A stretch of DNA of 64,000 nt, taken from assembly GCF_009914755.1 (NCBI RefSeq), contig NC_060933.1. The stretch is one strand, 5' to 3'. Every line of letters starts with the position of its first letter. Position 1 is the stretch's first letter. Under the pieces are notes generated by a model that saw nothing but the letters and a program-made list of their open reading frames with translations, was not told where the DNA came from and did not search any database. Below, in pieces: positions 1 to 13,674 of the stretch. Source of the DNA: the human T2T-CHM13v2.0 reference genome, Homo sapiens. The translations under genes were made by a program, and so were the position numbers.

Positions 1-89
1 AACCTTGCTTTTACTCATTATTCACGTATTTCTGATATTAGGTACCCCTTACATTAGGGTAGATCCCACTAGGATCTCTAGCCCTGTGC

Positions 90-518
90 TTCGTGCCATG
101 ACATTAGGTGATTCAATATAGTGCGTAGTAGGAGTATTTCATGAAGCTCAGGACAGCTGGCAATAACTGTACGATACCCTGGAGTAATTGTAAACAGCAT
201 AAATACACCTCACTAAGTCCAAACTAAATCTACCCTAAGTTTAAATTTTCCTTAGCTGGATATCAAAAATATTCTTGATCCCTCCAGTGGAAATTGACCA
301 GAGAGAAAGTAGAATGGCGAGGAAATTAAAGTGGAGAGAGACTGTGGCCATTAACCAACTGTGGTTTAAGTATTTTATTTCTGTGATAAATAAATAATAT
401 TTTATTTTTTGGAAAACTTAATGCTCGTATGAACACATTGCAAGGGCTACTCCCAAGGCCTTGGAACGCATGCCCTTGAGGAGTCTGAAGCTTTCAGTTC
501 ATTAGCTTTCCACCTCTG
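90..518 (-). mobile_element. hAT-Tip100 DNA transposon relic (Zaphod/MER115-like)
   Basis: Right end 'ctgaagctttcagttcattagctttccacctctg' resembles the recalled MER115/Zaphod terminus; left boundary approximate. Confidence 0.4.
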
Positions 519-1579
519 AGTTTTGTTTTTCTCATGTTACCAAGTGACATAGGCTTTTAAAAATCCACATTATACCTCTTCTCTATTGCATGGCTTCTGG
601 CTACTCACAGTTTCTGTTGATTCCCACGGAGCCCAGTTCTACGTTCTGACTTCTCTTGCTGCAGCCTTTCAGCTTAATCTCTCACTGTTTACTTCTTTTC
701 ACTCCAGTAGTGGTTGGTTTAGTTTAAGTACCAATGCCTGCACCAGCTACCTGGGACCAAGCTGGGAGAGAGTAGAGGGACAGTATCTGAAGAGGCCTTC
801 TCTGAAGCATCACCAAATTTTAACATCTGTAAAGTAGGAAAGTGAGTTAAGGAGCTAGGACCACTGGGGTGGTAGAATCTGCCACCCTTGGTTAATGGTT
901 GCGAGAACACATCTAAAGGAAAACCACTTCTCTATTGTGCTTCTTGCCTTCTTTTTTTTACAGTGAATCCTTTTCATCGAATATTAATAACTCTCATATT
1001 GATATATTACCTTTAAAATGGTTATAAATGCACCACTTTGGGAATATGTGTTCAGGGAGAGGAAGCTGTTCGCGTGATCTCAGCTGTGCTTCTGATATGC
1101 TTCCCCTTAATGGAAGCTGTGGGAGGACCGTTCTCACCTGCAAGGGTATGGGGGCAAGCAGGCTTCATGACCAGCATTTCTAGCACAAGTAAATATGTAA
1201 ATATTAAATGTGCATATATCATATACATTTCTCATATCGCAGAGTCAATTATATCTATGGGAAGGAAAACAGATTTCTTGTGAGCTATCTGGTGATAGGC
1301 GAACTTTATTTTCTTCCCACTCTTCTCATTCCTGAGAGTTATCACCGAAATCTCTGCCTTCACCCAGATCTTCCTATATCTGAGTTTCCCCTGAAACCAT
1401 CCAGAAGGCTCATTTGTCTGAAATCATACTTATTCCACACCTGCTTTGCTCGATTATTTATTTCCTCAGTGAATATAACCATTCCTCTTCTACACCAGCT
1501 GCCTAAAATAAGAAGAAACCCTTTAAGCCTGACTTGTACTTTGCGCTTCTCATTTAATTGGTCAATAAAATTTATCAAT

Positions 1580-2100
1580 TCTAAGTTGGAATATCTCTCA
1601 AATCCATCCATTTCTCTTTACCTTACTGCCACTGTCATTGGTGTGCTCTCATCTTTAAATGATGAATTAAAGCATCAGCCCTCTAATTGGCCACTCTTCT
1701 ACCCATTTTGTCTCCTTCATTCCTGGTCTAAATCTTTTTCAGTTACTACCTAAATCATTTCCTCTAAGTCTCTAATCTCTTCTTGTCCTTCCTCTCCATA
1801 GAACCGTTTTCAGTGACTTCCTAGGGCTCCTAGGGTGAAGTCCAGATTTTTCAGCATCCCTATATCTTTCAGTCCTTTCTTGCCCTCTGTTTCCAGCCTT
1901 TCTCAACACCTTTCAGTACATTAAACATGACAGGCTCTTTCTTGCTCCAGGCCTTTGGTCTTTTGGTTATCCCCTCCTGAAATACTTTCTTGTTCTTCAT
2001 TATTCAGTTCAGGCACCATTCCTTCCAGAAAGCTGAACTTAGACACCATCCAGGGCCTGGAATTAGGGACTTCTAGCATATACCCTATACCTGTATCATG
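1580..2100 (+). mobile_element. L2 LINE fragment
   Basis: Pyrimidine-rich degenerate L2 3' region (e.g. 'cagcctctaattggcc', 'ccaggcctttggtc'). Confidence 0.55.
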
Positions 2101-2149
2101 ACTGCTATTGGGCTAGAATCACCATAAGAATTGTTGCTGCTATTGCCAG

Positions 2150-2345
2150 TATTCATCAGACATTTACTAGATGCTAGGTTCAGTACTCAACGTGCATTCT
2201 CATTTGATCCTCACAGAATCTTATGAGGTTGACTTCATTAATGTGCCCATTTTCTAGATGAGGAAGCCAGGGGTTTGTGACTTGATTAACCCAAGATGAC
2301 ACTGCTAGTAAGTGGCAGAGCTGTGGTTTCAGTCTGGGTTGATCA
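2150..2345 (-). mobile_element. MIR SINE
   Basis: Core 'tttgatcctcaca...cccattttctagatgaggaagcc...gtaagtggcagagctg'. Confidence 0.8.
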
Positions 2346-2421
2346 AATGGATTGCAATGATAATTATGTTAAGATCAGTCTAAGCGCTGCTCATTTATCA
2401 CATTTTCTCATTTTCTTGTAA

Positions 2422-2760
<339 letters not shown>

Positions 2761-4924
2761 TAATTTTAAGTTAGCTCCTCAAGGAAGGAGACCTTGACCA
2801 ATTTCTCTGTCTCAATAGTTCCTAATACAGAGCCTAACACATGGAAAACTATCACTAAATAGGTGTTTAATGCCTGGGTCATAGATAAATAAATGAATTA
2901 ATTAATAATTTTGGCACCCTAAAGACATTGATTACTTGGATGTAGAGATCTGTGATAGGTACAATTTGTCTTTCCTCACCACACTGTCTCCTCCATCTCA
3001 TATTTTTGTTGCTCCTCTGACTGGCATGATCTTGTCCTTGAGTTTCTTCTGAAATTTTACTTTCTTTATCTAAAGTTTAATAACATTTATTATGTTACCC
3101 AAAAATATTTTAAATCAATATTCTTATGGTCTTCTACATATGTTAACTTTGAGGGCCTGTTGTTTTTGGTTGGGGGAGGGCAGGGGTTATAGTGATGTGT
3201 GAGCCTTTTATGTAAAAATATACTTCCAAGAAATTTCTCAAATTGAGTGCCCCGTGGAAGGATCAATAGAAAGGAATAATGATGAGGTTATAGCCTTCTG
3301 TTCCATCATTTTATGGCTTACAATAAAATAATGCTATAATCTTTATAAGGATGATGTTACTTATCCTTCTCTCATAGAAACTTCTCTCACAAATAGAATT
3401 CTATCTCATCACATTCTAGTTTCTCTGACTCTAAATTAATTCTTTTATTTCAAGTATCTGTGATAAGTTTATGCTTTTTTAAAGTTATTTTATAGAAACA
3501 TTTTTATCTTGTTTCCTTCATTCCTCAATTTATTGGGCATGATTAACTCCTGAATACTTTAAGGCCTTCTTCATGATGTACTACCAAACAATGATGTGGA
3601 ATCATGGCAGTTGGTCATCATGAAGGATTTTATGAATATTTGAATCTAAAAAGCCTCATTCTCCCATAGCTCAAAGAATGCAGGTTTTACGCATTTCTTT
3701 CTAACTGCTTTGAAGCCATGGGGAGCACCGGTCTAAATCATGTTAGTTTGTTCACCAGGCTCAAGTCAGCCTCTGAGGTGGTGCCCTGTAATCTTGACCT
3801 CTTTCCGAATGGCCCAATGATGAATTCACCCAGGCTTTCCTTTTCAGCTACAGTTCTCCCAGCCGGCCTAAGCATCTTTTCACAAACAGTCTGAATATCT
3901 TAATTAGTTTTTCTCCTCTCTCACCACCTCCCCTGTCAGGATCCTGGCATTGTGCCCAGTGGAGGAAAAACAGTAAATTTCCATTAAAGCTCATCAGTGG
4001 GGTTTTCACTGGATTTCTAGGTGCCACCTTTGAGAGTTGCAAAGGCTCCCATTACAGAAGCTGCACAAACTAGGTGTTTTGGACTTCTTGGCTCCCTGGA
4101 ATGGAAAACAATTACTCACCCTTTTATTCCACTTCCCCTTTTTCCAGGTTGTATCTTGTTGTTCCACATGCACCCCTCCCCAGCTTCTTTGGTTCATCTC
4201 TCTCTGTCTCTCCCTTTGCCCCTGGATTTAGTCTGCCATTGAGTCTGGCCAACAACTTTCTTGACTAGACTTGCCTTGAATCTCCCTTTTCCTTTATTTC
4301 CAGCGCTAGACCTCCGCAACTGGCCCCTAAATACCTGACGTGTTTGTCTCCCTCCAGCCTCATGATGTAAGAGTTGAGACTCTACCTGTATAGCTGCATC
4401 TTTTTCTTTATGGTGCTGTGCAGTTCCAACTATATTGAAATTGACAGAAAACACAAATCCTTATTTCCAAGGGCAAAAAATTACTTGACTTTCTGATCAT
4501 GCCAGCCACAGCAAATACCTTCTATTCAGTGTCACTCAGCATCTACGCCTCACCCTCAGCACAGCTGCTGTGTTGTCTTCATTTACGTAGATAGAAGGCA
4601 ACTAAGTTGTCTCCAGACCATGAGGTTGGTGAGAGGATGGAAATGGAAGACAATAGTGATGACACAGAAAGGTCAGGCAGCAGATGGCAGGGGCACTCTT
4701 CCAAACCTCTGTGAGTGTCTACAGTTTAAATTCCAAAATCATTCTACAGGTTTGGCATTGGGCCACCCTGGAATGCAGATTCCAATCAGGCCAAGCAGCA
4801 GTTGACGTGAGAGGAGGGAAAAAAGGTCATGCCATGCTCATGTTCCTGCAAGTTTTCTCTTTGGAGAGAAGAAAGGGCAAAACTTGGAAAAACAGAAGAA
4901 TGAAAAAAAAAAAAAAAGACTTAC

Positions 4925-5030
4925 CTTGGGCTCAAGTTAATTTAAAACTATTATGATGGTTCCTTGAAGATTACATATAGCAGTAACTAAGATTTTATAC
5001 AATAATATGTTATGTTTAGATATAGAAGAC
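4925..5030 (-). other. Candidate 106-nt non-coding exon
   Basis: Minus strand: acceptor 'ttttgtttcctccctgtctttttaaag|G' and consensus donor 'CAAG|gtaagt'; stop codons in all three frames. Confidence 0.35.
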
Positions 5031-5452
5031 CTTTAAAAAGACAGGGAGGAAACAAAATATCACTCATATTAATTAATGTAATCTTGTGGGTATTCTTCTT
5101 CACCTGACCATTTCATGGCCCCACATAACTTGGTTTGGCTCTATTTCTTTTTTTAAAAAAACAATTACTCTTGGGAACTATTTCTGCTCTTTCTAAGCAG
5201 AGAAACCTATAGATAAGTTACCCACATAATTTATCATAAATATCTTTAAACCTGGTTGCTTAGCTCTTCTTGAGAATGTTAGGTCTTGAACAAATTATAG
5301 TTCAGATACCCATGATTAAATTGGCAAGACTTGCAAGTTGAATGCAGTCCAGTCGTGTTTTAGAGAATTTTCTCCAAACACATCTTCTCTTCACTAATTC
5401 ATAAAGATTTAGGTCTACAGAGCAATCTAGTTTTCCATTGCTGAATGCATGA

Positions 5453-5925
<473 letters not shown>

Positions 5926-6049
5926 TAATGGAAAACTGCTCCTCTGTTTCTATTAATTAGTAATCTTTATTATTTAGATAAGCAATAGTCATTAATATTA
6001 TCTATTGTATTCTACTCATGTTGCTTAATTGTGTTTTACTCCAATATGC

Positions 6050-6240
6050 ACTGGAACCCTGGATACAGAATGAAGATTTGGGTACATGTCACTGGTCTGA
6101 CATTTAACAAATGTGTGCTTGTGGGAAAGTTTTGTTTTTCCTCATTTGTAAAACAGGGGTCATAATAATAATATCTGCTTCTCAAGGAGGTTGTGAGAAT
6201 TGAATTTGAGAATAAATGTGAAAAGCAGGTTTATAACAAT
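6050..6240 (+). mobile_element. MIR SINE
   Basis: 'tttcctcatttgtaaaacagggg...ggttgtgagaattgaatttgagaataaatgtgaaaag'. Confidence 0.75.
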
Positions 6241-6249
6241 AAAAGATTT

Positions 6250-7200
6250 ATGTATTCATCCAACAAACATTTATTGAGTTTCTATTAGGCAACAAACACT
6301 GTCCTAGTAATTAGGACTATAAAAATGGAAATCAAATCCCACCTCTATGGCACTTTGCTATCCAATGGAGCCCATATTCAAGCAGTTAAAGAATGAGATA
6401 CTTCCTTGAATTAAAGTCTATACAAAGTGCAGGAAGAGCAAGGAAAGCACTCAAAGCTGCCTGGGGTTCTCACAAGAGCTTTACAGAGAAGACAGACATT
6501 TGAGCTAAATTGAAGGAGGAGGAAAATTTTGTCAAATGATTGAGCAGTGGAAATTGATCCTGTGAGAAGAAATAGAATGTGTGCAGACCCAAAAGCATGA
6601 GGGAACATGGTACATTTATCATCTGGAGCTCAGGATGAAGAACTGAGTTGCAAATAGAGATTTGGGAATTCTCATCATAGAAGAAGCAATTGAATCCTGG
6701 AATGAATGAGAGAAGAGAGTTAAGGATTCTTTCAGAGGGAAGATGGGGGATAAACATTGAGTAAACCCATGAAGAGGAGTGAGAAGTAGCAGCCTGGGAG
6801 GTAGACAGGAAGCCAGGGTAAAGCAATGTTTTGGCAATTAATGGAAGAGAAAATTCCAAGAATAAGGGAGTGGTAATAGTTTCAAATACAGCTGAGAGAT
6901 CAAGCAAGGTATCTACTAAATTAAAAACTTAGATGTCTTGATCATCTTAATGAGGATCAGTGAAGAGGTAAGAAGTGGAAGCTTATTGCAATGTTTTGAG
7001 GTGTGTATAGGAAGTCAAAAGGTGAAAAGAGTAAGTATTATCTCACCTTTGGCTGAATATGGAAAGAGAAAGCTGAGATATTGTCAGAGAAGAATGAGAG
7101 GGTCAAAGATATTAGAGAATGTTGCCTCTTATTTCCAGCAGCTTTGCTAGGAGAAGAAGGAACCTTATGGGGATGTAACTAGGGAAGACTGCAATGTTAT
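6250..7200 (-). mobile_element. L2 LINE fragment
   Basis: Begins with the reverse L2 3' terminus 'ttcatccaacaaacatttattgag' and continues as purine-rich L2 body. Confidence 0.7.
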
Positions 7201-7440
7201 AGGGGATGTTTCAGTTCGAATAAAAAAGACTGTAACATTTTTTTAAAATTTACATACATATACTACATATATCTACATAATTTAGAAAATTTTGAGTCAC
7301 TATGAAGTACATTGTGATGTTTGTATCAATTAAAATATGAGTAGAGTATTATAGCCTATGGCTAAAGATAGATTTTAGAAACATAGATAATTTTCTTTAA
7401 GTTCAAGCTGAGAGGAACAGCTATCCATCCTTTCATTTCA

Positions 7441-7778
<338 letters not shown>

Positions 7779-8220
7779 CTACTATGTGCTGGTCACTATA
7801 CTGGGCCCTGGTGATACCATATAGAAAAAACAAGTGCGTTCCCTGCTCTTCTAGAGCTTGCAGTCTAATGGATGAGGCAGACCCTACTGAAAATATTATA
7901 AAAACAATTATTGAAACAAAAGTATGTTCAGTTCTGTCTCATTCTAGATATGAAATCTCACACTTCTACTTTTCAAGTTGTTAGTAAATATCACAACTAT
8001 CCCCATTGCTATCCACAAAGATTTCTCATTACAGCAGGCCTTTATTGGACATAAAATGTTGTCAGGCAGTCAAGCATAAGAGAAAACAAGGAGTTGGAAG
8101 AAATATGTTCTGCTGTGATAGAAATAATTGTGCTAACTGAACCTAAACCTTTTAAGAGTAAAATATAATATAGGATCATATAAAATAAGTTTAAATGAGA
8201 GAGAGATCAAACAATTTTCA

Positions 8221-8721
<501 letters not shown>

Positions 8722-8949
8722 CTAAGATCCCACAACCTAATCAAAAACTGACATTCTAATCATATACTTCCATTTGCATGCCATGCAGTCATTAAAAATT
8801 AAGCTGTAGATTAATGTTAAATACAACAGGAAGATATACAGGGTTAAAATTTTTGATTATCACTTCTTTGTGATATTCTCAGTTTAAACTGTTTTTTTGT
8901 GTTCTTTTCCTAGTTCTATTATTCCCAGTTAAAACTCATGGTAGTCAGT

Positions 8950-9071
8950 TTTGGAGTCTTCAAACTAGACAGCCATAACATGTATGTATGTATACATATA
9001 AGTATCATGTATATATACATAACATATATGTATACATACATACATGTTATGGCTCTCTAGAAGACTCCAAA
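8950..9071. repeat. Near-perfect inverted repeat (palindrome) around a TA-rich core
   Basis: 8950-8960 pairs with 9061-9071; 8965-9000 pairs with 9025-9060 with one mismatch. Confidence 0.95.
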
Positions 9072-9449
9072 TTTTTTATATATATAATGAAAATTTATAT
9101 ATGTACCTATACTATATAATGAAAATTTATATATGTATACATATATATAGTGAAAATTTGTTTCTTTCCTATTCCTACAGATTATTTATTTTACTCTCTT
9201 CAAACTATACAGCTAGGATATACGTTATAATACAGTCCCAATTACAAGTATCTTTGCTTTCTTCCTGAGTTTAAATGAAATACTTTTAATATTTTAATAT
9301 TGAGCTTGGCGTTTAATGTACACTTTTGTAGATACCCTTTATTACATTAAACACATGTTTAATCCTATCCTTAGTTTAAATATTTTATTATGAATCATTG
9401 TTGAATATTATTAAACAACTCCTGGATCTAATTAGTCCCTGAATCTTTT

Positions 9450-10051
9450 TTTTTTTACTTCCTTTTTTTTTCTGTCAACTTTTATTTTAAGCTCAAGGGT
9501 ACATTTGCAGGATGTGCAGGGTTGTTACATAGGTAAACGTGTGCCATGGTGGTTTACTGTGCAGATCATCCTATCACCTAGTTATTAAGCATCCATTAGC
9601 TATTCTTCCTGATTTCTCCCTCTCCCCTGATGCTCTCCCACCCCCCACAGCCCCCAACAGGTGCCCAGTGTGTGTTGTTCTCCGCCATGTGTCCATGTAT
9701 TCTCATCAGTCATCTCCCACTTACAAGTGAGAACATGTGGTGTTTGGTTTTCCGTTCCTGTGTTAGTTTGCTGAGAATAATGGCTTCCAATGACATCCAT
9801 GTCCCTGCAAAGGACATGATCTCATTCCTTTTTATGGCTGCATAGTATTACATGGTGCATATATACCACATTTTCTTTATTCTATCATTGATGGGCATTC
9901 AGGTTGATTCCATAACTTTGCTATTGTAAATAGTGCTACAATGAACAAACATATACATGTATTAATATCTTAGAATTATTTGCATTCCTTTGGGTATATA
10001 CCCAGTAATGGGATTGCTGGGTCAAATGGTATTTCTGCCTCTATGTCTTTG
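9450..10051 (-). mobile_element. 5'-truncated L1PA (older primate L1) 3' end
   Basis: 'ttttattttaagctcaagggtacatttgcaggatgtgcagg...acataggtaaacgtgtgccatgg' reverse L1PA 3'UTR; TSD 'ccctgaatctttt' at about 9437 and 10052. Confidence 0.93.
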
Positions 10052-10109
10052 CCCTGAATCTTTTAATCTGTTAATGTATTTAATCGACTGGTAGATTTTC
10101 TGTCTTCTT

Positions 10110-10771
<662 letters not shown>

Positions 10772-10849
10772 TAGATTTTCTATGTGAAACAGACCTTAAA
10801 TTTTTTCAGTCAGTTCAAAATGATTATAATATATGTATATAATTTCTAG

Positions 10850-12230
10850 ATTTATTATCAGAATCGTTATATATACAATAAAAGAATAGTAAAACACACC
10901 TAATGTTATCACCCAGCCTTAAAAAATATCAGTATTTTGCTATTCTTTCTTCATCTATCCTTCCATGACCCCCATTTTTTTAGTGTATTTAAAAGCAAAT
11001 CTTAGACATCATGTCATTTCACCCATAAATATCATAATATGCATCATTAACTGGTAGGCACTTTTAGAATATGTAGCAGCCATCCCATTATTACACCCAA
11101 AACAATTAATGGAAGTTCCTTAATATAATCTAATACCTATTTTATACTCATATTTTCAGGAAAGTCTCTGAGGTACTTTTTATGTAATTTTGTCCTCTCC
11201 ACATCATTATCTAAGAGGAGATTGATACACTGGAAATTGCACATCACATTTAGGTCTCTTAAAGCTTCTTTATAGCAGTCTCTATACCATTCATTCGCTT
11301 TTATTCAAGACATTGACTTGTCAGGGAAACTGGGTCATTTGTCCTAGAATATTCATTCTGGATTTTGCTAATTGCTTCCTCATGGCACCATTTAACTTAT
11401 CCTTCTAGTCCCCACTTTTCCTGTTAACCAAAATTCAGATCTAGAGGCATTATTTAATTTAGGTTCCGTTTTTCCGGCAAGAACACTTCATAAGTGGAAC
11501 TGTGCTTTTCCTATTGCATCATATTGTGATAGGTACAAAATATCTGATTGTCCAACACTGGTGATGTTAAGATTAATCAGTGGACACAGGTGGGATCAGC
11601 CATTGTAAAGTCCCCCATTGTCATTTACCTAATGGTTTTAGCATCCATCTACAATTATTACCCACATGTATTATTTCATTACTGGTTGTAAAATGATGAT
11701 TCTCTCATTCTATCCTGAATCTTGCATTTATTAACTCTTTTTCATAAAAGAACATTTCCTTGTCAACTTTTTAGATTCACACAGGAAAGATAGGATAAAT
11801 GCTTCATTCTTTTCCTTTATTTGTCAACTTTCAGACTATGTATTTTTGTCCTAACAACCACCAGTGATGATCTATGAGGTGGTTGTGGTTTTGCGTTTTT
11901 GCTACTATGGATCTTTATAGTTTTGATGTGTTTCCATCCAACAGAGTTATTCCTTTTGATTCTCAAGTTATCCCATATTAGGCCACTAGAAGCCCCTTCT
12001 CCATTTATTCTATTTCCTTTTGACATAATTTCATTCATGTTTAAAAGCCTCTGCTTTCTGGAACAACAAGATGTTCCAGGCTAAGCTATTTTTTTCTTGT
12101 TTTCTTGCCTTTATCAGATATAGAGTCAGCTATTTCTTCAAGAAGCTCTGGTTCCTTTAAATAGGTATGATTTGCTGATATTTCGTATGTGATTTTTGCA
12201 TCTATATTCAAGAGTGATGTTAGAGATATC
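10850..12230 (-). mobile_element. Old L1M 3' region fragments (L1MC4/5-like)
   Basis: Degenerate motifs 'aaagcaaatcttagacatcatgtcatttcaccc' and 'cagctatttcttcaagaagctctggttcctt'. Confidence 0.6.
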
Positions 12231-12412
12231 TATGTGTGTGTGTTTTATATACACATTGCCTTGTCGTTTTTTGTTACCAAGTTTTTAGTAGGCTCATAGA
12301 AAAGTTAAGGCGTGTTTTACCTTTTTCTATACTCTGAACTAATTTGTGTAAGAGAAGAATTACCTGTTTCTTCAACTGCTTGTTTATTTACCTGTAAGTT
12401 CTCTAAGGATAA

Positions 12413-12711
12413 TTTTTTTTTTTTTTTTGAGATGGAATTTCGCTCTTATTGCCCAGTCTGAAGTGCAGTGGCGCAATCTTGGCTTGCTGCAACCTTCGCC
12501 TCCTAGGTTCAAATGATTCTCCTGCCTCAGCCTCCTGAGTAGCTAGGATTACAAGCGCCCGCCACCACACCTGGCTAATTTTTGTATTTTTAGTAGAGAT
12601 GGGGTTTCACCATGTTGGCCAGGCTGGTCTCAAACTCCTGACCTCAGGTGATCCACCCGCCTCAGCCTCCCAAACTGGTGGGATAACAGGTGTGGGCCAC
12701 CATGCCCGGCC
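12413..12711 (-). mobile_element. Alu (AluS-type)
   Basis: Reverse Alu dimer; TSD 'aggataat'. Confidence 0.97.
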
Positions 12712-13674
12712 AGGATAATGTTTTCTTTTTGAAAACATGCTTATCTACCGATTCTGTGTCTGTAATAGTTATTTTGCCACCAGCTCAGCTGTGACTTCAA
12801 CAAAAAAATAATTTTAAATATTTTCCATAGCATTTTAGGTGTTTTCTATTGGGAGAATTATCTCAGCACATCTGGTACAGTATATTGACTTATGATTTGT
12901 TTTTAAGGAAGGAAAGATGGAAGAAAAAGTTTCAATTACACCAGAGCCCAACTCTTCATTCTCTTTTATTATTGAATTGTTGTAGCTTCAAAGTCTTGGT
13001 TGTAAAGTCTCTTTCCTCACACAGCTTCCCGTCCCATTTTTCTTGCTTTCCATCATGGCAGAATTATTTGAGACATGTTTATGGGATTTCCAGCAGAGCT
13101 TTAAAATAAAAGATTGGCCACAGTATGATATCCTGGCTAAATTTTCTGTTTTTCAAATACTCAGAAGAAGAAAAAATGCACAATTCTGTCTGAACTACTA
13201 AATCTTTAGGAAAATTACAAAATCTGAATTGTTGGAGCATCACAGTGAGTGACAAAAGAGCAAAGGGACTTGCCAGTTGACTCAAGGCAGTGAGATGTTG
13301 GGTACAGCTGGTATTTTTAATTAGTTACAAAAGATATTTTCTCTACAGTTGACTATTCAAGTATGAGTGTAATAACGTCTCTAAGGCTAATATCATAAAA
13401 TTTCATCACTTAATCAATTTTAATTCTAATTCTTCAAAAGAGGTTTACCCTTCAAAGAAGCTAAATCTAAGATGTCACATAAAATATGCTTATTAATGCA
13501 TTTAGCAACATCTGGAACGTATTCTCCCTACTAATTGATTCTAAAGAGTTTACTGTAATGGAAAAGTAATCTTTTAACAAATGAGAGACTTCTTAATTAT
13601 ATTCAGATATAATCTTTATGTATTTTTTTCAACATAAACAGCTTCTATTAAGCATTTTTAAAAAGAAATAATAG

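Noticed and set aside
1208-1753. 181-aa ORF
   Set aside because: Overlaps degenerate L2 sequence, Leu/Ser/Phe-rich composition from pyrimidine bias, and no splice or domain support.
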